Below are positions 53,874 through 64,000 of a stretch of DNA of 64,000 nt, in pieces. The notes beneath the pieces are model-generated. The model was not told where the DNA came from. It saw only the letters and a program-made list of their open reading frames with translations, and made no database searches. The stretch lies in NCBI RefSeq assembly GCF_902652985.1, contig NC_047023.1, positions 33,480,001 through 33,544,000 on the forward strand, written 5' to 3'. A program made the translations under genes and the position numbers. Source of the DNA: Pecten maximus. Lineage: Eukaryota. Numbering within the stretch: position 1 is the stretch's first letter; each line of letters starts with the position of its first letter.

Positions 53874-54399
53874 TTTTAGCCCACATCATCATTATCTAAT
53901 TGTCCTAAGCTGAGGTCAAGCCCTGTCTGTTGCAAGGTAATCTTAGTTATATGGACATTCCTCAAACTCCAGATGTTGGTCCGTGTTTGTACCCAATCAA
54001 TTATGAGCATGATCGGGAAAACAAAATGGCTGATAGGTGTCCATCTTGGATTTTAATAGGTTAAGTTTGTGGTCGATATTACTTAAATACAGGAGGGATA
54101 TTTCCCAACCTTCACATGTAGGTTCCCATTGGTCCCTAGTTGAGCCCATTCAATTTTGGGTCTGATTGAGAAAATAAAATCGCTAACAAGAATTTTATGG
54201 TGAAAATTTGTTATTGATACATTTTAGAAAGTTCTTCTTAGATCTTTCTTATACTTCATATGTAAGTTCACTTTGTTATCAAATGATTAAGAGGAATCTT
54301 GAGAATCTTGGAACGCAGAGAAAAGATCAGTACGTCTTTCATAGGACTGATAAAGATTATTCAATCGTGGTCGCCAAGATCCCTCAAGGATCTCTTGTT
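53874..54399 (+). mobile_element. Degenerate HINE copy (same family as 47445-49418)
   Basis: Starts ttttagcccacatcatca, has 1-2 diverged units (ccatcttggatttt), ends cgccaagatccctcaaggatctcttgtt. Confidence 0.75.
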
Positions 54400-55347
54400 T
54401 TTATTCTATAAAAAGCCATACTAGGTACAAAGTATTTTATTATTGATCAATTTATAACTAAAAATGCCTGTGAATATAAATATCAGTAACGTTAACCCTA
54501 TTAGTAATTTTTCATAGATATATTCGGAGAATTCGCCCACACGAACGTTCGGTTCACAGGAGATGACATGAGTGGTATCGGGTAAACCCTTCTGAAACAA
54601 TAGGTTTTCACTCTTTTTACTTCCTGAGTAAAACTGGGGCGTTAATTATTATATAAGTGCACTTCTGTCTAATCTATATTTATATGTACGTTCCCGGTAC
54701 TTCTGGAGAAATCTCCCACTTACAATGTGTACATATATATACAATTGACTGATTTTGGTTAATACAAGGAATTAAGGCCATGCCCAGTGATAAACGGTAA
54801 TATATTCCGCGATCGAACGAGACAAGGTACGAGGTTCACCTGCCCGATCACGTTTTTTTCCCCTGGTGTTCCGGTTTCCTCACACAGTTAGACCTATCGC
54901 CCGCTTCTATTCGGGTAAAACAATCAATATATGTTGTTTCGCAATTGTTGTAAAATCAGTAAAGTTTCTGTTTTTATGCTTGTTATGGTGTTACACATTT
55001 ATCATATTAGATTTCACAATTTGCATAATATCACGAAGTGCGGGAGTGACTTACTAAAATAGTATGATCCTTTTTTTGTGTGTGTAACGATATCAGAATG
55101 GACTGAACCGATACAGTTTATTAAAAGTATCATAATTTGTCCTTCATATGCATTATTGAAAACTGTAAATATGGGTTTTTTCTTCTTTATAACGTCCATG
55201 TGTTTTTTAAACACAGAGACTTCTATGCACCCTTTCAGTACGGGGTGATATATCGCTTGGATTACCTCCCTTATCACACAACTCGGGTCTCCACCAAAAA
55301 TTGTGTCCACGTTCAGTCGACCAAGGGTACAGGATTACCCCTTCACT

Positions 55348-56738
55348 GATTCACCAAGGGGACAGGGACCACACCTCTCCTGATCGACCGAGGGGTAGGG
55401 ACCACACCCCTCCTGATCGACCGAGGGACAGGGACCACACCTCTCCTGATCGACCGAGGGGTATGGACCACACCTCTTCTGATCGACCGAGGGTAGGGAC
55501 CACAACTCTCCTGATCGACCAAGGGGTAGGGACTACACCTCTCCTGAACGACCGATGGGCAGGGACCACACCTCTCCTGGTCGACAGAGGGGTAGGGACT
55601 ACACCTCTCCTGATCGACCGAGGGGCAGGGACCACACCTCTTCTGGTCGACCGAGTGGCAGGGACCACACCTCTCCTGATCGACCGAGGGGTAGGGACTA
55701 CACCTCTCCTGATCGACCGAGGGGTAGGGACCATACCTCTCCTGATCGTCCGAGGGGTAGGGACCACACCCCTCCTGATCGACCGAGGGTAAGGGACCAC
55801 ACCTCTCCTGATCGACCGAGGGGTAGGGACCACACCTATCCTGATCGACCGAGGGGTAGGGACCACAACTCTCCTGATCGACCGAGGGGTAGGGACCACA
55901 CCCCTCCTGATCGACCGAGGGGTAGGGACCACACCTCTCCTGATCGACCGAGGGGTAGGGACCACACCCCTCCTGATCGACCGATGGGACAGGGTTAACA
56001 CATAGAGTGATCGACCCAGGGACAGGGTTAACACACGGACTGATCGACCCGGGGACAGGGTTAACACATAGAGTGATCGACCCAGGGACAGGGTTAACAC
56101 ATAGAGTGATCGACCCAGGGACAGGGTTAACACATGGACTGATCAACCCAGGGACAGGGTCAACACACGGACTGATCGACCTAGGGGACAGGGTTAACAC
56201 ATGGAATGATCAACCTAGGGGACAGGGTCAACACATGGACTGATCAACCCAGGGGACAGGGTTAACACATGGAATGATCAACCTAGGGGACAGGGTCAAC
56301 ACATGGACTGATCGACCTAGGGGACAGGGTTAACCCATTCACTGATCGACCCAGGGGAGAGGGTCAACACATAGACTGATCGACCCAGGGACAGGGTCAA
56401 CACATGGACTGATCGACCTAGGGGACAGGGTTAACCCATTCACTGATCGACCCAGGGGAGAGGGTCAACACATAGACTGATCGACCCAGGGACAGGGTCA
56501 ACACATGGACTGATCGACCTTGGGGACAGGGGTCAACACATGGACTGATCGACCCCGGGGACAGGGTTAACACCTGAACTGATCAATTTAGGGGACAGGG
56601 GTCAACACATGGACTGATTGATCCAAGGGGACAGGGTCAACACATGGACTGATTGATCCAAGGGGACAGGGTCAACACTTGGACTGATCAACTTAGGGGA
56701 CAGGGGTCAACATATGGACTGATCGACTCGGGGACAGT
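55348..56738. repeat. GC-rich 33-bp minisatellite in two sub-arrays (55348-55985 and 55986-56738)
   Basis: Unit A ggggtagggaccacacctctcctgatcgaccga; unit B gggacagggttaacacatggactgatcgaccca(g); shared tgatcgacc core. Confidence 0.95.
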
Positions 56739-58320
56739 TATTAGTACTTGATTGGTCAATATCTCATCAGGCTGATGATGAGGCATGTGAGGAAAGCATC
56801 GAGGAGAACAATGGTACATTGTTTCAAAGACGAGCTAATTTGCAAAACTGCGGGTGTCATTTTACGTTTTGGAAACTAGACCTGGGCCCATTGGGAACGA
56901 AACCCGCTTGATCACGCGAGAGATTACGAGAAAATGTACAATTTGATTAATATCCAATGGAACAAGAAATTGCATCTTATTCTTTATTTAATCGAAGGCA
57001 AGATAGAAGCGAAACGCTTGTCACAAACATTTAAACGTGACTGATTGGTCATTTGTAGTGATTCAAGCGCTTCAGGGAATTGGATGAGATGAATTGCTGA
57101 AACTACAAAAGGTTGTTGGGGTTTAGATTTAAAAGAGCACAATAGCATTACCATGTGAACGAATGGGTACTTAATCTGTTGTCAATGTCGGCGAACAAAT
57201 GGATGTGCACGAAATCATCCGTATAATGCCGGAATCGAGATATTGGCGCCACAGCAAGCAGACGGTTCCGGAAAATTGTAGATTGTTGAAACACTCAACT
57301 CCAAACAAATGACCCGTTTATGCCGTTAATCTTGTTTTAAAAATGCATTTCGAGACGGGAAATTGTCCCAAGACATGCAAAACCTAATGTCAATGAAAAC
57401 ATTTATTTAGCATGTCCATATATGGAAATTTCATCTTAAACATTTTGTTGGAATATGTACATGTACCATTGGAGCGCTGAGTAGTTCATTTCTGCGAGTT
57501 GGTGCAGGTCATCAATGGAAGGAAGTGGAAAGTCACTCACCAGTTTCATAGGAAAGTCAGTAACCTATTGCTGACAGTAAGAAATCTTAATTTTACATAT
57601 AATAAAAATATCTCTTAAGAAATAGTTAGACTTCTACTGGTTAATGGCCAAGATCAGCATATGACGGTATGGTATTAGTGTGTACTATGAAGGAACGAGA
57701 ACATGACCCAGGGAGTTGGCACGAATTCCCTACAATGTCAGGTCCAAATTGCTAATATAATACATATATAGCCGTGGGATGCCAATTTCTGCCAAATCCC
57801 TGTGGAACATGATATACTAATGTTGATGTACAGAAATGACTGATTTGAAGGAAAGTAAGAGACAGGGGAGATAATTTCGGTAGTAGGCCATTCCAATCTT
57901 TGATTGTCAAAGGAAAGACGGATCTTTCCTAACCGACGTCCGACATGGTTCGAAATGAAACCTGATGGATGTGCCTGGTTTTCATGCTGTAGGGGATGTT
58001 TAGAAGGAATGATCACTTTATAGAGAACCTCTGTTAGAATTGAAGATATCTTAAATGATTTTTAACAAGTAAAGATACCTTTAAATGTAACTTGAGATGT
58101 TTTGTTCAATCTACTTGAGATATAAAGATGTAGTAGTATATTTTGAATATGCATTTTAACATTTCTCTAATAATTTTCAACTCTTTGGAACATTAACTTG
58201 GACTGGGTTTGAGAATAAACTACTCTTGATTGATTTGTTATGACATATATAGTCCATATATCCTTATTCTTAGCGGCCATGTCTCTTAAAGGGACTTAAT
58301 GGTTAGACTTTTATTTAATA

Positions 58321-58530
58321 TTTGGTTTATTTAGTTTAACGTCCTATTAACAGCCAGGGTCATTTAAGGACGTTCCAGGTTTGGAGGTGGAGGAAAGCCG
58401 GAGTACCCGGAGAAAAACCACCGGCCTACGGTCAGTACCTGGCAACTGCCCCACGTAGGTTTCGAACTCGCAACCCAGAGGTGGAGGGCTAGTGATGAAG
58501 TGTCGGGACACCTTAACCACTCGGCCAACG
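58321..58530 (-). mobile_element. tRNA-derived V-domain SINE
   Basis: Near-identical to 26011-26225; 10-bp TSD ttatttaata at 58311-58320 and 58531-58540. Confidence 0.9.
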
Positions 58531-58849
58531 TTATTTAATAACGTACACTGTATAATAATTAAAAGTATGTAAACAGTTATGCACTTTGTTTTAATTATGA
58601 AATTTTAAAGTGTCCGTAACATTTTTTTTAAATCATAAAAAATTGAAATAAAATAGAAACGACCTAGTCACTCTTTCATATCATTATAGTTTTGTTCAGC
58701 GATATTTTGAAGTTGATAAAAATATATGCCAATATTTCACAAAAAGTGCCTTAATTGTGTAAACAGTCTCATTTCAAGTATCACAACGCTTTCCGGAAAT
58801 CAAATGCATGAAGAAAATTGATGAAATCTGATCATTTAGTCCCTTTAAC

Positions 58850-61800
58850 TTAGGAATGCTTTATGGGCGTAGACCGTAACGCCATACAGCCTATTTAGAA
58901 ACGATGTCTGTTTCAAACTTAGGAACGGTGTATGGGAGTCGATCCTATCGTCCTACATCACAAAGTTAAAATGTATAAGTGTCATCATCGTGTCGAACAT
59001 CATTAACTTTGAAATGGTGGTCCTAGCGTCCTACATCTTTAAATGAGAAATGGTGGTCCTAGCGTCATAGATCTTTAACTTAGAAATAATGATCCTAGCG
59101 TTCTAGATCTTTAACTTAGAAATAGTGATCCTAGCGTCCTAGATATTTATCTGTATTGGGGAGGATCCTAGAGTCTTACATCATTAACTTATGATGTATG
59201 GGTGATGATCCTAGAGTCAAACATCCTTAACTTATATGATGTATGGTGATGATCCTAGAGGCTTACATCCTTAACCTATATGATGTATTGGTGATGATCC
59301 TAGCGTCAAACATCCTTAACTTGTATGATGTATGGGTGATAATCCTAGTCAAACATCCTTATCTTATATGATGTATGGTGATGATCCTAGAGGCTTACAT
59401 CCTTAACCTATATGATGTATTGGTGATGATCCTAGCGTCAAACATCCTTAACTTATATGATATATTCGTGATGATCCTAGAGGCTTACATCCTTAATTTA
59501 TATGATGTAGTGGTGATGATCCTGGAGTCTTGAATCCTTAACCTGGCGCCCTACGTCATAAACTGTTGATGTACGGATGATCATCCTAGTCATACATTCT
59601 TAACGTATAGTGTATTGATGGTGATCCTATATTAGTCTTAACTTAGATAATTAATTGTGACCCTAGTGTCCTAATATCTTAAGACTAAGAAACAGTGTAT
59701 CGGTGGCGATCCTAGCGTCCTACATCCTTTATTTATAAATGGTGGTCCTAACGTCTTACATACTTACCTTAGAAATGGTCACCCTAACGTCTTAGATTTT
59801 TTGTTTAGAAAATGTGATCCTAGAGTCCTACATCCTTAATTTATGTGATATGAGTGGTGATTCTAGCGCCCTTTACTCTAGCGTCCTGACCTAAAACTTA
59901 TGATGTATGGGTGGTGAACCTAGCGTCCTACATCTAAAGTTAGAAATGGTGATTCTAGCGTCCTGACTAAAACTAATGATGAGTGGGTGATGGTCCTAGC
60001 GTCCTACATCTAAACTTAGAAATGGTGATTCTAGCGTCCTGACCTAAACCTTATGATGTATTGGTGATGATCCTAGCGTCCTACATCTAAACTTAGAAAT
60101 GGTGATTCTAGCGTCCTGACCTCAACCTTATGATGTATGGATGGTGATCCTAGCGTCCTACATCTAAACTTAGAAATGGTAATTCTAGCGTCCTGACTAA
60201 AACTAATGATGAGTGGGTGATGGTCCTAGCGTCCTACATCTAAACTTAGAAATGGTGATTCTAGCGTCCTGACCTAAACCTTATGATGTATGGGTGGTGA
60301 TCCTAGCGTCCTGACCTAAAACTTATGATGTATTGGTGGTGATCTTAGCGTCCTACATCTAAACTTAGAAATGGTGATTCTAGCGTCCTGACCTCAACTT
60401 TACGATGTATGGGTGGTGATCTTAGCGTCCTACATCTAAACTTAGAAATGGTGATTCTAGCTTCCTGACCTAAACCTTACGATGTATGGGTGGTGATCCT
60501 AGCGTCCTGACCTAAAACTTATGATGTATTGGTGATGATCCTAGCGTCCTGACTAAAACTAATGATGAGTGGGTGGTGATCCTAGCGTCCTACATCCAAA
60601 CTTAGAAATGATGATTCTAGCATCCTGACCTAAACATTATGATGTATTGGTGATGATCCTAGCGTCCTACATCTAAACTTAGAAATGGTGATTCTAGCGT
60701 CCTGACCTAAACCTTATGATGTATTGGTGATGATCCTAGCGTCCTACATCTAAACTTAGAAATGGTGATTCTATAGCGTCCTGACCTAAACCTTATGATG
60801 TTTTGGTGATGATCCTAGCGTCCTACATCTAAACTTAGAAATGGTGATTCTATAGCGTCCTGACCTAAACCTTATGATGTATGGGTGGTGATCCTAGCGT
60901 CCTACATCTAAACTTAGAAATGGTGATTCTAGCGTCCTGACCTCAACCTTATGATGTATGGGTGATGATCCTAGCGTCCTACATCTAAACTTAGAAATGG
61001 TGATTCTAGCTTCCTGACCTAAACCTTACGATGTATGGGTGGTGATCCTAGGGTCCTGACCTAAAACTTATGATGTATTGGTGATGATCCTAGCGTCCTA
61101 CATCTAAACTTAGGAATGGTGATTCTAGCGTCCTGACCTAAACCTTATGATGTATGGGTGGTGATCCTATCGTCCTACATCTAAACTTAGAAATGGTGAT
61201 TCTAGCGTCCCAACCTAAACCTTATGATGTATGGGTGGTGATCCTAGCGTCCTACATCTAAACTTAGAAATGGTGATTCTAGCTTCCTGAACTAAACCTT
61301 ATGATGTATGGGTGGTGATCCTAGCGTCCTACATCTAAACTTTGAAATGGTGATTCTAGCGTCCTGACCTAAACCTTATGATGTATGGGTGATGATCCTA
61401 GTGTCCTACATCTAAACTTAGAAATGGTGATTCTATAGCGTCCTGACCTAAACCTTATGATGTATTGGTGATGATCTTAGCGTCCTACATCTAAACTTAG
61501 AAATGGTGATTCTATAGCGTCCTGACCTAAACCTTATGATGTATTGGTGATGATCCTAGCGTCCTACATCTAAACTTAGAAATGGTGATTCTATAGCGTC
61601 CTGACCTAAACCTTATGATGTATTGGTGATTATCCTAACGTCCTACATCTAAACTTAGAAATGGTGTTTCTAGCGTCCTGACCTAAACCTTATGATGTAT
61701 TGGTGATGATCCTAGCGTCCTATTCTAAACTTAGAAATGGTGATTCTAGCGTCCTGACCTAAACCTTATGATGTATTGGTGATTATCCTAACGTCCTACA

Positions 61801-64000
61801 TCTAAACTTAGAAATGGTGTTTCTAGCGTCCTGACCTAAACCTTATGATGTATTGGTGATGATCCTAGCGTCCTATTCTAAACTTAGAAATGGTGATTCT
61901 AGCGTCCTGACCTAAACCTTACGATGTATGGGTGGTGATCCTAGCGTCCTGGCCTTAATCTTATGATGTATTGGTGATGATCTTAGCGTCCTACATCTAA
62001 ACTTAGAAATGGTGATTCTAGCGTCCTGACCTAAACCTTATGATGTATTGGTGATGATCCTAGCGTCCTACATCTAAACTTAGAAATGGTGATTCTATAG
62101 CGTCCTGACCTAAACCTTATGATGTTTTGGTGATGATCCTAGCGTCCTACATCTAAACTTAGAAATGGTGATTCTATAGCGTCCTGACCTAAACCTTATG
62201 ATGTATGGGTGGTGATCCTAGCGTCCTACATCTAAACTTAGAAATGGTGATTCTAGCGTCCTGACCTCAACCTTATGATGTATGGGTGATGATCCTAGCG
62301 TCCTACATCTAAACTTAGAAATGGTGATTCTAGCTTCCTGACCTAAACCTTACGATGTATGGGTGGTGATCCTAGGGTCCTGACCTAAAACTTATGATGT
62401 ATTGGTGATGATCCTAGCGTCCTACATCTAAACTTAGAAATGGTGATTCTAGCGTCCTGACCTAAACCTTATGATGTATGGGTGGTGATCCTAGCGTCCT
62501 ACATCTAAACTTAGAAATGGTGATTCTAGCGTCCCAACCTAAACCTTATGATGTATGGGTGGTGATCCTAGCGTCCTACATCTAAACTTAGAAATGGTGA
62601 TTCTAGCTTCCTGAACTAAACCTTATGATGTATGGGTGGTGATCCTAGCGTCCTACATCTAAACTTTGAAATGGTGATTCTAGCGTCCTGACCTAAACCT
62701 TATGATGTATGGGTGATGATCCTAGTGTCCTACATCTAAACTTAGAAATGGTGATTCTATAGCGTCCTGACCTAAACCTTATGATGTATTGGTGATGATC
62801 CTAGCGTCCTACATCTAAACTTAGAAATGGTGATTCTATAGCGTCCTGACCTAAACCTTATGATGTATTGGTGATGATCCTAGCGTCCTACATCTAAACT
62901 TAGAAATGGTGATTCTATAGCGTCCTGACCTAAACCTTATGATGTATTGGTGATGATCCTAACGTCCTACATCTAAACTTAGAAATGGTGTTTCTAGCGT
63001 CCTGACCTAAACCTTATGATGTATTGGTGATGATCCTAGCGTCCTATTCTAAACTTAGAAATGGTGATTCTAGCGTCCTGACCTAAACCTTATGATGTAT
63101 TGGTGATTATCCTAACGTCCTACATCTAAACTTAGAAATGGTGTTTCTAGCGTCCTGACCTAAACCTTATGATGTATTGGTGATGATCCTAGCGTCCTAT
63201 TCTAAACTTAGAAATGGTGATTCTAGCGTCCTGACCTAAACCTTACGATGTATGGGTGGTGATCCTAGCGTCCTGGCCTTAATCTTATGATGTATTGGTG
63301 ATGATCTTAGCGTCCTACATCTAAACTTAGAAATGGTGATTCTAGCGTCCTGACCTAAACCTTATGATGTATGGGTGATGATCCTAACGTCCTACATCTA
63401 AACTTAGAAATGGTGATTCTAGCGTCCTGACCTAAACCTTATGATGTATTGGTGATTATCCTAACGTCCTACATCTAAACTTAGAAATGGTGTTTCTAGC
63501 GTCCTGACCTTAACCTTATGATGTATTGGTGATGATCCTAGCGTCCTATTCTAAACTTAGAAATGGTGATTCTAGCGTCCTGACCTAAACCTTACGATGT
63601 ATGGGTGGTGATCCTAGCGTCCTGGCCTAAACCTTATGATGTATTGGTGATGATCTTAGCGTCCTACATCTTAACTTAGAAATGGTGATTCTAGCGTCCC
63701 AACCTAAACCTTATGATGTATTGGTGATGATCCTAGCGTCCTACATCTAAACTTAGAAATGGTGATTCTAGCATCCTGACCTAAACCTTATGATGTATTC
63801 GTGATGATCCTAGCGTCCTACATCTAAACTTAGAAATGGTGATTCTAGCGTCCTGAACTAAACCTTATGATGTATTGGTGATCCTAGCGCCCTACATCTA
63901 AACTTAGAAATGGTGATTCTATAGCGTCCTGACCTAAAACTTATGATGTATAAGTGATCCTAGCGTCCTACATCTCAACTTAGAAATGGTGATTCTAGCG
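58850..64000. repeat. Satellite array with a 77-bp dimeric unit (~35 + ~42 bp related subunits), runs off the window end
   Basis: Alternating ctagcgtcctacatctaaacttagaaatggtgatt and ctagcgtcctgacctaaaccttatgatgtattggtgatgatc; degenerate from 58850 to ~59900 and homogeneous afterwards. Confidence 0.97.

Noticed and set aside
55301-56243. Overlapping 147-285 aa ORFs on both strands
   Set aside because: Products of the 33-bp GC-rich repeat; no domain recognised.
58850-64000. CRISPR-like repeat/spacer appearance
   Set aside because: The intervening sequences are themselves repeated, there are no unique spacers or cas genes, and the context is eukaryotic.

Overview
AT-rich animal genomic DNA with spliceosomal genes. 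The repeat complement (V-domain tRNA SINEs, non-autonomous Helentron/HINE elements) suggests a bivalve mollusc, which is an inference. Four protein-coding genes could be reconstructed by hand. (1) PHAX (+, 5 exons, 2..5842), with an apparent +1 frameshift or cryptic 73-nt intron inside exon 2. (2) A two-coding-exon, catalytically intact YqaJ/lambda-exonuclease-family (PD-(D/E)XK) nuclease gene (-, 10511..12018) with no visible viral or transposon context. (3) LARP6/Acheron with an uninterrupted CDS (-, 32644..34101). (4) DCTN3 (+, 7 small exons, 37449..52103), essentially invisible in the ORF track, whose last intron is a textbook U12-type (minor spliceosome) intron. The rest is repeats: an 18-bp minisatellite (~3.9 kb), a 77-bp dimeric satellite with a 1324-bp higher-order duplication, several 22-41 bp minisatellites, five V-SINE copies (several with TSDs), 5S rRNA-derived SINE3-like fragments, Harbinger-like MITEs and a cluster of HINE elements. 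Most long ORFs in the track are repeat artefacts. All identifications are by eye and from recalled family motifs; no searches were run.
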